Assembly: GCA_000934665.2 (NCBI GenBank)
Contig: KZ537970.1
Span: 62,001-126,000 of the forward strand
Source of the DNA: Catajapyx aquilonaris
Taxonomy: Eukaryota
Direction of reading: 5' to 3'
DNA length: 64,000 nt
Positions 25,601 to 38,477 of this stretch are shown here, piece by piece (the stretch's first letter is position 1; every line of letters begins with the position of its first letter). The notes beneath the pieces were generated by a model. The model was given only the letters and a program-made list of their open reading frames with translations. It searched no databases and was not told the DNA's origin. A program made the translations under genes and the position numbers.

Positions 25601-27860
25601 GGCCTCAACCGCATTAGAGGGGGCCTTGGGACCAGCACTTCTCCCGGCCTGGCAAACATCACCAGGCCCATGTGTTTTTTTGTTTTTTTTTCCACCGACA
25701 ATTTTTTTCCCGACTAGCTTTCGGTATTAAGCATTATTCCGCGGTATCTGAGGTTGGTGTTGCAGCACTAAACCGACTCTCTCTGGCCACACCAGACTGC
25801 AATGTGCTTTGTGGCCGGAATCTGCCCGAGGGGGTGGGGGTGGAGAGATCTGCTTTTGTGCACTGGACTGTAAGATTTCCCTACAGTGCAATGGTTTCCA
25901 TCTTACAAAACACAAAATCCTGCAGCAACATGCAAATTGGACAAGGCGTCACACCCATTGACTGGATATTAATTGAAGTAGAGATGCTGCTCGTTAACCT
26001 GGTTACTTGCAGTTCGGAAAGCGGCAAATCAAGGGACAGGAGCTCGTTAGCGACGTAATTATTTATGTCGGAGTGAATTTACTAGTATACGGTTGGAGCA
26101 GCACTGCAATATTCCATCTCTCCGGTGCAGTTTCCTGCAAAATGTTATACACACTAGCCGAGTAGCGTTTGCTGGGAGTTTATTACATTTCGCACCTCTG
26201 TTGTGTTCTGCGGGCTCCTTGCATGCCAAATTTTTAACGGGTTTAATTTTTTGTTAACTGGTGGCGGAAGGACGAATGAGAAAAAAGGGGGGTTTCCCCG
26301 CAACTAGGAAAACCCATTTCCAACCTCTTCCCGGTGTGGCACCCGCAAGGTTCAACCACGCTGCGGTAGTTGCTGAAACTCCTTACACTAGCTATTGGTC
26401 GCAATGTCCATTTCTGGTTAGAGTTTGGTACAGTTGCACTCATTTTTTTATATGGGTGGTCTAAAGGGCATGAGGCACACAAGTTTTCTGCCCTTGAAAA
26501 CAAAAGGGCAACAACGTGCCTAAAACTTTTACTGTAAACCGGGCTGTGTCATAGTTACTGATCCTCTAACCAGGCATGAGCTGGTGTGAATACAATTTTC
26601 AGTAAAATGATATAACACGTCTATCCATATCAATGTGATTAAATAAACTCAGCTGGTGAATAATGTTCAAATAGATTACAGCACCCTCCAGTCCCGTGCG
26701 TAACAATGCGTGACATTCAGGCCTCGATGAATTACGCACCGAGCAGTTTTCAGCCCGAAGGACTATACCAACCCATACTTGAAATTCAGGCATTGTTCTA
26801 AGTTCACACTGAAAAATTTTGGACTCTCACATAAAGAGAAAATTGCATTGTAATATATTATATTAAGCGAAGTGAAGCATTAGTCAAAAAGAGTAGCCTA
26901 CACATGTCAGCAAATTACAACAGTCCACATAAATAACGTCTCGTATGCGCACAAATACTTATACGCGTGAAGGCAAATAATATGACACCTTTAAATAGCT
27001 ATACACCCATAGTAATTCTGCAGTAAGGATATCCATAAATTGACGGATATTTATATGCAATATGAAACATTTCAGAATGCACTTTTACGGTAATAGGGCA
27101 GTTAAAAATTTAACAGAAGAACTGCATATCACCTCGATCCTATATGCATATATTCCCAGCCTCCTCTCCCCATCACCACACGTTTGCTCTCTACACCACC
27201 ATTCCTTACGAAATTTCCATTTACGCACCTAGGACAGACGTTCTAGATGAGACTGGTATCATACCCACATTTAGCAGTCATGATTATGATATGGAGCTGT
27301 CGGCATCGAAAGTTTTAAATCGTTAATTCGATAAAGGAATTCGTTGCTCTGCACAATGTATTGTAACTTATTTCTAAGTGTACTAGACAAATGAAGTAAA
27401 TGAACAAAATTATTGAATCATTTAATCGCAATGATGCATGTTGTAAATATTTCCTTTACTTTATGCGTTTAGTTGCCATTTTGTATTTTGGCAGGATTAA
27501 AATGAATCTGCCAATATGCATAATTTTCTTCGCATCAATCAAACTCATGCAATAAATGTCAAAATGTGCAAAATCCTGCATATTTATATTATGTATAATA
27601 ATCCGTTCTACTAAATGCACTAATTGTAATAATACAACGTCATAAATTGATTATGTTCCTCATAATTAAAATAAAATATAGTAGTCAATATTATATTATA
27701 TCCTCAGTGCATATTAGTATTACCGGTAGACCCTGTGGATTTAACATTTTGAGTGTGTGAACAATTGAAATACCTTATTTGAAGACACGCAATAATTGCG
27801 TCGCAGCACCAATGGAGGTCAACTAACGACTTAGATATGTAGGCCTACTGCATCATTCTG

Positions 27861-28011
27861 CCGTCCCAATGAGAAACACCATATCTCCAAAACTAGTAAG
27901 GGTGAAAGTCGCGTGCATGCCCTGCACTACGACTCAGGAGGAATTGGTGCAGGGTATGTATGCGACTTTCACCCTTACTAGTTTTGGAGATAGGGTGGGT
28001 CCTTGGGACGG
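27861..28011 (+). ncRNA. Long inverted repeat; candidate hairpin RNA/pre-miRNA (or fold-back element)
   Basis: 27882-27929 pairs with 27945-27992 without bulges (44 Watson-Crick + 4 G-U), 15-nt loop. Extra stems: cacc/ggtg (27877-80/27994-97) and ccgtcccaa/ttgggacgg (27861-69/28003-11). The inverted repeat is certain; an RNA function is inferred. Confidence 0.5.
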
Positions 28012-31000
28012 AAACATCCTCTTTCTCCCTCAAGATGTAACACTTCTGCTATTTTTTTGTTTTAGCCTGCGGATAAAATGCCGTAATTCACTAAAGTACT
28101 GTACTTCCGATCTACTTTATGACCCAAAAATATTTTCGGAGTCATAAAGCTACACTTTAAAAATAATAATCATCACAACTCACTTTTCAGTAGGCCTACA
28201 GCAGACATATCGGTCAGCGCTACCAGCTTGAATCCACGTGGACGCTCTATTTATAATTACACACTACAGTATAATACTGTAATACACCGAGAGAATGACA
28301 GGCACTCCCGTCACTGCATATTACTGTCTTGTAATTTCGGACCACGCCTTGTATACGCGACCGACTTATGAATTAGAATGATATCTTCCTTTCCGTGACT
28401 ACAAAAAAAATTATTCTAGAAGTGCACCGTAAAGGCACCGCCAGTTTGAATATCTGCTGGCCTCATTGCATAATAATGGAAGGTCATTTGGAGAACGGAG
28501 GTGGTCCCCTGATATAATTATGGTGGTGCACACTACTCTGTCCGCCCGAAATTGACCTCCAAAATTACAACTTTTCATTCTCACGCGACCTGCTCAAACA
28601 CCCCGGCACGCAAATCCAACACCCCCGCTCCGATACCTCCATTACTCATCCTCCGCAAGCTCCTGGTCAAAAGAGCCGGCAGGTGACCATTAATCACTTG
28701 TAGCAAATACATATTTTTAAACCATGCCCCAAAGTCGACACGAACCGCGAATTAATGTGTCGGATTGTACTTCTAGGCAACAAGAATGTGCTATGTGTTA
28801 CTGCCCGTTTTTGCCTCAAAATAATGGATACAATTTGAGCGCTCACGACGTACCGTAATACATCGCTTATCATCCAGCTCATGCGGCATTAAATCATGCG
28901 GTATGGGCACCTGAAATGTACACAGATGGCAGCACTCCACTTAATTATAACGATTGCTCTACTTGGCGACGTAACGTCTTGGAAGTTACGTATGTGCTTG
29001 AAATTTCCATAGAGCGATTGGCCGCCGGTGGCAGCTCCATTTCTCACGGAATTACTCGCCTAATTCTCAGTTATACGGTCCAGGATGAGGAAATATGACT
29101 GGGCTCAATTGCAGTGTGTGCTTGCTGGGAAAAGCGGCTGGCACACTAGATCACCTTGTGAGTAAAGCCCAAACACGAGCAGAATGAAAATTTACTGGAT
29201 GGAAAGTAAATTAAGGCTGCTAGTCTCGCTCTCTGAGTTTTTTTTGAAAAAAAATTGGGCTCAACTATTAGTGCATAGTGAGGCAGCATAATTCACTCGG
29301 GAGTTATGTTTCGCGAAAGCCCACTTTGGAGGGAAAGTCACGTTTGATTCTTGTCTCCGGTTTGCCCAGGATGGGAGTGTAATTATAGAAACATTAGAAG
29401 AAGTGCCTTTGCGGCAGTTTTCACAAGAGGAGAGAAAATTTTGCATGCAAAACTTGGAAGAGGCGGGGAAATTTTGCGAGCAAGACAAATGGCTTTGCCC
29501 CCAAAAGGGTAAGGGGATCCCTCTCCGCGTACCACGACCCATTTTCAATCGAATACTTTTTTTTCCTATTCTTCGGGGACTTCATGCTGCGGATATAGAA
29601 AGTGCTTCACTATTGAGTTATTCTGGTTGAAGTTCACTGTCATTACGTAAAAAGATTAAGGCAATAAAACATTGCTGATAGTTCCAGGAACACAACAGCA
29701 TGTCTTATGATCTACATTAAATATTGATATACGGTAGCATTGTAGTCTACATAAATTTGCCAAAAAAGGTTTTTAAAATTGTTAGAGAATAATGCTCATA
29801 ATCACAGGCTTAGATAGTACAAAATTACTCGTCTAATATACATAGAAACATGGTACATGCAAGCAGAATTAAGCTATAAATTTCTCATAGCTAGATTTGT
29901 AATTCTTTTCATCCACATCCGAGCATAATTGCCACGCCTGAAAAATCCAATTCCACCGTGCAGTAAGTGAAACAAAGATGTGCACCATAAGTCTGTAATA
30001 CACTCCAGATATAATGTCAAGGTAATAGAATATTGGAATCTGGATGCACACATGATAATTCCGACCTTGACCCATCCATTTTAAAAAGTCGACACGTCCG
30101 ACACACAAAGTGCCCCAATCACGTCCTCAGGGGGAAAAAAGTGCCAGGACTGACCTCCTAGTTTAAATAATTCACTCACATACACCAACTCTTATGGGCC
30201 TTTTTTACGATGCCCTGAACTGCACTCGCGGTTTTTATAACAGGTGGAGCATATTATATAACCAGCAAACTCCGCATCCATGAATTGCAATATTTACAGC
30301 TGGGATTGAGTGTGAGAAGTAATCCTGCTAACCAAAGGGAGTAAGCTGCGGCCTCGACCAAAACTGCCTGGAGTCACGATATACGATCACCTCTGAAGGT
30401 GATAAGGCATCGCCGACACGAAAGAACTCGACTCCAATGCTTTCGGGGGAAACCCAAATGGAAGCAGACTGCATGGCCCCACACGGCCTGCTAAATATTC
30501 TATTTAACTCCAAGCCACTCATACATAATGTAATCCACATAAACGGGGACCCCTCCTTTTCTCCCAGGACACCCCGGAAAAGCAAACCCCAAATTAAATT
30601 GCACTGTTCTTTTCAAACGAGAGGCCTAAGCGAAGTTTTACAGAAGAGTAAATCCGGAAAAAAAATCGTAAAAGATTTTTTACTGCTCCGTCGCAGGACC
30701 CAAGGCCAATCTTTTCTTGCAAGATGGAACTGAAGAACGTGCAAAAAATGCCGGCTTCTTCTCAATATTTATTCTCTTCTGACACTCAATTTAGCGTCGA
30801 AAAAAACTAGTCATTCCGTTTGTCACTTTTTCTGTCCCTGATTTATGTTCGAAAACAAAAGAAACTTTTACTTATGAAGAACTTGGTACAATGCACTGCT
30901 GTGTAACTTTGTAAAGGAAAATGTGACACGATAAAAGGGATCATTTTCAAGAGAGTGTCCCTTTGCCAATGCGCGCTTCGTTAGCGTCGCCTAATAACCC

Positions 31001-34000
31001 TTCCATCCTCTTCCTAAATTACTCCTAGCTTCCAAAAAATCCAAATTAGAAAATAATGTTGGGAGGGTGAAGCCAGAAAACCGTACATAGGAGAGAGCAA
31101 GGGCTCGGGAAAAGGGCAAAGGCTCAATTCAATAATTGAATTAGTGGTTTCCAATGTGAAATATGCGATGGTAACAGGATCTTCCAGACGCTGGCTAATG
31201 GCTGGAAAATGGGAAAGACTAAAGTGCCTTAGCACGCAAGTCTTCGAGGGAAGAGACTCTTCCAAATTATGAAAATGGTTACTCTAGGGAACAACTTTTG
31301 ACGATCCGGTTTCGTGCACGAAACGAGCCAAAATCTGAGCACAACGTATTGAACATTGCAATCGCCTAAGGAACATTCAATATGACACCTTAAAGCCGCA
31401 GAATCAGCCAGGAGATTCCGATTTTCTCCCCTCTATATTTCCCAGCCGCAAATGCTGACCAGTCTTTGGGATTTCAGGTGGGGAACCTAAATCTCCAAAC
31501 TACTCCGCAGGGGCTCGCAAGGATTACTGCACTTGGCACGAGAACACGCCGCGTCTTTCCCAGATAGGATATATACTTTTTTTTCCAGCAGAGATACTGT
31601 AATACCTCCTGGTAAGAAACGTGCTGAAAAAATACAGCAGTTAATTAGTTCAGAAGGGGTAAAAATTCAATCGCATAGTACCGCAGATTTCAAAAGCCCG
31701 TTTTGTATTCTGCGGTCATCATGTGAGCCCAGGCCACTCCAGAACACCCGGGACTGGTTGCAATATTTATTTTTCGGCCTGCTTGCGTTTTTGTAACTGA
31801 TTTACAAAGCTGATCATAATGACGGCCCCCAAATTGAATAAAAGCCACCTTCACCAAATTTTCCAGTTTATTGTTGGGACGCAACCTTGTACAGTATGGT
31901 GTATTCTAAAAATACGAGATCTAATTAGGGCAATCTCATTCTGGGTGAACCGCATTTAGATGAGTTTACAACAAGGATTAGTTAGATAAATCACGTGACT
32001 TTGCGGGGGCGCAGATCAATAGATCGCTGAATCCCCTGCTCTAAAAAGGAGAAGCAAGTCTTATTTGAACCACAAAAGCATGATCTATATATACCTTCCA
32101 AGAAATGCACAGGCCATGAAATACTGTATCTTCAGCCCCGCACATAGACATGCACCACCGAGTTTTAAAACCCCGCACAGCATGCGAGTGGTATATCTTC
32201 TTCGAAGCGTGTTCTTTGATAAGAGAGTCCGGGTTGGAACGAAGATAAACCTATTTTGGCTGGCAGTTTCATCCGACGTATCGGCTTCTCGCCAGAACGA
32301 CGACAAAGGCCGCGTTTAATCTCGCCACCATTACCACATTTATCTGCACCAACAGCATCACCAGGAGTCGAACCCTGGAGGTGTTGGTTGCGTGGAATGG
32401 TGTTTCATGGCAAGAGGCAATAAGGTGAATCGGCAAGGGCGATGTATATTAGTTGGGAAGATATTTCTAGCAAGGACGGTGTTATAAAAAAAAGGAGGCA
32501 AAAGAGCCTGTCAGAAGTCGATTAGGTGAGAATAATTGGTGCGGTTCTGGAAAGGTTCCAACCCGGCGGCGATTAAAACCTGCGTCAGAGATTTTCACGA
32601 CACAGACCTGAAACCATTCTTCTGTCGGGAGGCACGATTTGAAGGCGGATCCCTCAGGGGCTCAGATGCCCACCTCCGGAGCCAATTTGCATCCTAAATA
32701 ATGCAAATCCCTCATTTAACCTTACACACTGCTCGAGCCAGTCCCTCGCCACCTACGGGTCATTTTTCATCATTATGCAACATTGAAAAGTGCCTAGTTT
32801 CGGACACTACATGTTCGGACTCTCCTTCTCTGGAAAAAAAAAATATGTGCAGCGGTGCAGAAGGCAGTTTAGAAAGTTTAAATGCCAGTACGTGCAAACT
32901 ACAGGTGATGCAGTTGAAAATTCAATTAACCAGGAGCGGTCGAGTTTCGATGGACTGGACCCCACGAGTTGAGCATTTTAATGAGCAAGAGAGTAATGCT
33001 TCTTGCGTCTTTGTACTCTGATGTAGCCCAGCTTGGGCATTATGTACCGTGCATTATTAAACGGCTTCTCGTACTATATGTGCACTATAATGAATTGATG
33101 AAGGTGACGAATGTGATGGACGCTGATTAATAATTTAATAAAATACAGCACATTGATACAAGACGTGCCACTGTTTTGTATTAAAGAGTAATTAGAGCTT
33201 ACTACCATACGTCATGGAGACTCGGGTAGGATTACTACAATGACATGTGGAATCTGGTTGGATTAGAGAGCATATTGTAGATGTCAAAATGGAGGATATC
33301 GATGTGCAAGCCCTCGTGAGCTATTTTGCTTTGTTTCGGTGCAGACTGCCGTAAATAGTTGTTATGTTAATATTCAGTCGACAGTTGCAAATTAATGTTT
33401 ACTAACAATTGCACCAATTATGATTAAAATTCAGACATGCCGGACAACAAACGCGGAATGGCTCATAATTAAATTCGTACCATTTATTTACACCGATTCA
33501 ACAATGTGCCGAAAATTCTACCGGGTTTTCTCCCTTTGTCTCGTATAACCGCACACAACAGATCAGCTCATTACGTAAATATGCAGCCAGCTATTATGTT
33601 CACTGGATTTAACGACCCTAACAATCCGCTCCAGGCAAATATTTTATCACACAAGGTGACCCCGTAATTATCCCACTGGAGTGGTAACATGTTTTAAAAT
33701 TTTCACATTTTTCTGAATTTCTCATAGTTGTATAGCACTAGGGGCATGTTTGGTCTTTTTTAAAATAATGCACGTTGAATTCACACTAAAATATGAAGCG
33801 TTAATAATAATGTGGAACAGTTATATTTTCCAGGCTACTGAATGTTGGCAGAGTAACCAAAAAGGAGCAGTTGGGACAATATAGCCCATCACAGTGGTGG
33901 GCGGGAAGCGCCTCTGCCACTCTGGCTGAATTCATGTTGGCACAGGCTCCAAATTAGATCTACTCATACGTTTCATTTGAACAGGCGGAACCAAACATAA

Positions 34001-37000
34001 GGCTGTTTTGCTTCACCCTGCATATTCCCCCCATTATTATCGAGTCTGCTCTCCCCTGGAGCATCAAATTACTCGTCAGTCCTTGTTTGACCTAGCAACA
34101 GGCGTCACACGTTATTACCTGCTGCCTCCCAATGCCATCCTGACCCCTGGAAAACAACCCCGGGGCAGAAATGAGTGGGTGAGACGACTACAATCTTGAT
34201 AAAAAAGTGTTAATACACTTCAACTCGATGCACCTTATATGCTACCTCCTTCCCCGGTTTCAGACTGCTCGATAAAACAAGGTCCCCGGGCAAAAACGAA
34301 GGCCAGGTCGTCCTCTCTTTTCGGATCAGTCGGCTGGAAGGACCACCCTAAAAAGGCAGCACTCGTTGGAGCCAGTCAAACGAATAAACTTGTGCCCCAT
34401 TCAATCTATTCTGCTGCCCAAACTTGCGCACCAATTAGGGACAGGAACCTCACTGCCGGCTCAGACACCGTAAACTTCCCATCTGCCTCAGTTATGGCAA
34501 ACTTCATCCATAATTTTATCGACTATGTCCCCCCAGATTAGAGACATCTGTAGCTAGCATAGTATTCCCGACAAAAAAAATTAAATTCAATTATTTTTTT
34601 GTGTACGGTTCTGTGTGCGCTGCTTTATGTAAATCTCTGGGCTGTTCGCATTCCACGTTGTCAAGAATTTCCACAATCGAGGCCCGGCCATGCTAATAAC
34701 ATTTTTTGGGGATGAAAATGCTAACAAATTGTATAAAAAAAGAGCCCCGTTTTTGCTATTGATGTCGGCCGATTCTCGCGGGCGTAAATCCACCTCCGGA
34801 TATTAATCACTCAAATCAAAAATAGGGGGTTTGCCAGGCTCTGGTGTGTGCTTGAAACTGGCCAGAATCCGGTTATAAACGTTACCGAGCTGTAGTCAAA
34901 ACTGACTGGGATTGGAGGAAGTGGTGACAGGTGATGAGCGATGCGCATAATTGTAAGGTACAGTGTAAAAGAACGCATTTCCTTTCTGTAATAACTGCCA
35001 CATTGACGTAGGTGTGATGATGGTAGTACTGTACATATAAAAATGAACTGTGCACACACGACTTACGGCGGATGCCAGCTCATCGATCAGTCGGCCTATG
35101 GTTTATTTTCATTAGGATGGCAAACCGTGGTGTACAAACGGTCATGAGGGATTTTCCACTGGTCTCACGGGACAATTTTATCAGCGACGCCATGTGGCCT
35201 ACCCAACAAATGAACCGCCATCGCGGTACAGCTCCGCAGAGGGAGAGATGTCCCAACTGCCGGAGAGCTTGTTGAAAAATTTACCTCCGCCAAAAAAATC
35301 TTTCATTATCGCCACCACGGACAGCACGTTGCGGATGTCTGCTTCCCGGAAAAAGGTCCCCTACGTGTTTACCTACTTCGTCTCATTCATAAAAAAAATT
35401 TAATTTCGTCCGGCCCGAAATTAATGCGCCTGGATTTCCGAAATAATTGCGCTGATGATAAAGTCACGAGAGATTTTGTTATCGCTCGGATTTTTTTTTT
35501 CCTGCGAGAGCGTGTTCAGGCTCGTATCACTTTGCACGGATGTGCTACGTAGAGCAATTATACCGCAATGGGCTGAGGAGAGAACTTCAAAGTAAGTTAA
35601 GAAAATGCTTGAATCCAAGCGCATAATGAGAGACTGACGAATTTTTCTGCCTTAGAGGACAGAAACCTTAAATGGACGTAATGCAAAGGAAAGTGCATCT
35701 TCGACCATTTTCATGAACTATGAATGAGAGTAGAATATTTCAATTGCACGGGTTGCTTAGGCCTGGGAATGCAAAGAGCCTTGAATTATGCAAAAAAAGG
35801 AAACCTATTTCCATACATAGTCACACGTGGGAAATATCCACCATATTCCATTAAAACTATAATATCGTAGACATTGGGCAGGGAATTATAGAGCCTGTAA
35901 TTCTTACACGTCCAGTTTGAGTAGCTCAATATCTGAGGCACTTACTTCTTGTAAAGAAATGCGACATCATATTCCTTGACCCATAGTGGCATCAGCTCTT
36001 GCAGGACACTCTTCTACAATACGCTTTAAGGGCAAATCTACAGTGACAGTTCAATTTACGGGGGGACGTCCTTCGAAATCAAGTTTCTGATTCAAAGAGA
36101 ATCCAAAATCTAAAAGGACCAAGAAGACGTCTTAAACTCAAACGGTGCGCATATGAAAATTTTTGTCAAAACCAGCAGAGCCGTAATCAGAAAAAACCCA
36201 GAAAACTGCAGTAAATCCATCTTAGGACTGAAGCTTAGAGACAAGAGCGAATGTTTCCCAAAGTGCTTTTCCAATGCATATGAAACAGGCTTTATTGGGT
36301 TTTTTCAATTTGAATACGAAATGCTTCGTGTTAAATTACGGATGGGCCGTGAGAGATTAAACATTGCTCGGGTGTAATTCTTCTCGAAGTAAAATATATG
36401 AATAATTCAGGTGAAAATCGAGGGTAAGCAATGGCTGCCGACAGTTCGTTTCAGAGAAATTGCAGGGCGAATTTGCAGCTGTCACTGTTTGTAACTACTG
36501 CACGACGTCGTTATGCTGTTTCCATTTCCAAATGCGTCTTTTACGCAACGTCCATTAAAACCTGGGGTACCATTATTTCCCTCTCTCAAAACCCTGCTTT
36601 CCTCCATGATAATCTGAATAAGAGCAATGTCCTGCCACATCCCATAACTGCATCGTAAATATTTATTCCACCTAGTTCTCTTTCATTATGGGATGCGCAC
36701 ACTATAGTTACGTAATTACTATTTAGCTTCAGTAAATATTGATACATTAGCGCCAAAAAATATGCAAATTGAAGTCGAACAGCTTGTATAAGTCCCCGTG
36801 ATTAAGTGCGCAATGATGACAAGGTCGTTCAAGTTTCTCATAAAAAAGTGACAAATTATGCGTCGGAGCCATGATGCGAACTAGAATGTCAACATTCCAG
36901 CTTTTACGTAGCTTTCTCGCCCTTGCTTAAGGGAATGAGCGGCCAGAAGCGCTTGCAATTAATATTCGGGCGGCAATTATAAGTGTGCTGTGGTGGTGTG

Positions 37001-37748
37001 TACAATCATCAGGAACAATTTGCACCGATTGACATTACCAAGGGTCAATGGTTACCTAGGGAACATCCACGGGACAATATCATTGCTTGTAATTAGAGAG
37101 AGAAAAAAACGAAGCACCGTGTCTCATATCTGCGTCTTAAACACGGACACCTTCTCCTATAATCACATCTGGACACGTGCTCATTTGGTCAACAAAATTA
37201 TCGATTTGGACCAACGTGAATAGAAAATCAATTTACTAGGACTGATCTCTTAACAGTTTCAGGGTTTAGGCAGAGAAATTGTGTCACGCGAGTTACATTG
37301 GGTGACCATAAAGTCGCAAATGGACCTGAGGTAATGCCCTGACTGAAGTAGCAATCACGATTACTGGATTGGACTCGAAACTATCAAGAAAATTGCCACT
37401 TTGATTCCGCACCATTAACGGACGGGTTTGCAAAAGAGTCAAATAGCCAGCCACATTGTTGTGCCCAAACGGCTTATTTGACCTCGCGGCTTCAACCCGG
37501 CTGCGATCCAGCTTACGAGACACCCGGTACATTTTACGACGACCATTACCACAGGTGTCTACGGCCCGGTAAGTAACAAACTCTGTGGCTGACCGATCCA
37601 GAGCCGAGAAGCATTATTAATGGAGCCTAACACATGGGACACCAACTTGTAATTAGCCACACAATTTCTCTTCCTAGAAGCCCCCCGAATCGCCGGTGGA
37701 TGTTCCCTGAATGGCCGTAGAAAATCCCAGCACGACGAAGAAACTCAC

Positions 37749-38038
37749 AGGAGAACGAGAGCAGGTCTAGCAATCCTGTGACTGCTGCACCATGAGGTCT
37801 CGAGTGTCTGGCTGGTGTCCTCCGGTCTCCTGGAACCAGCCCGGCAATTCACCAGTCTTCCTGCAGCAGATCCCTGGCACCTCCACCACGGTTCCCATCC
37901 CGACCAACAACAGTGCAGTCTGGAGAGGCTCGCATCGACCAACGCGGGACTCGCCGGAGTCAAAACGGCCGGGGCAGCAGCAGCAGCAGTAGAGACGGCG
38001 CCGGCGCCTGTGCTTGCGACACTCCCAAGAGAGAAAGA
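37749..38038 (-). other. Candidate upstream (probably 5' UTR) exon in a GC-rich island
   Basis: Acceptor ggttttctggttttcctttag| and donor ct|gtgagt; GC-rich; contains (CTG)5; same orientation as the minus-strand gene. Confidence 0.35.
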
Positions 38039-38372
38039 CTAAAGGAAAACCAGAAAACCGGACAACGCAAAACAGGTCCTGTGATGCAGTACTGTTCCTC
38101 TCTAGGTCTCTGGTCCGACAAGCTCTGCCTGCTCTGCCTTGCTTGGGAGGGTCGGCTTTCGATTCGAAACGCTGAGTGGCGGTCCTCTCCCCAATCGATG
38201 CTACCGGATGAAGAGGAGGGGGCGCCAGCAGAGAGCCTGCATGGTGCACGCCAGGACCCCACCCAGGATTCCTCCACTTTTCATTTCCGTCCCGTTCTGG
38301 GATCACCCCTCCATACAACACCTCAAAAAAAAAGAAAGTTGAGAGAGATATTGCCCCCCCCCCCCCCCCCCC

Positions 38373-38477
38373 NNNNNNNNNNNNNNNNNNNNNNNNNNNN
38401 NNNNNNNNNNNNNNNNNNNNNNNNNNNNNNNNNNNNNNNNNNNNNNNNNNNNNNNNNNNNNNNNNNNNNNNNNNNNN
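38373..38477. other. Assembly gap (105 N) flanked by C19 and G14 homopolymers
   Basis: N run seen directly; poly-C 38354-38372, poly-G 38481-38494. Confidence 0.98.

Noticed and set aside
32346..32391. tRNA B-box-like GGGTTCGACTCC on the minus strand inside a small hairpin
   Set aside because: No A-box, D-arm or anticodon arm; not a tRNA and no SINE body is evident
37293..37530. Possible MITE with a TACCGGGTGTCTC end
   Set aside because: The partner terminus is too divergent to call
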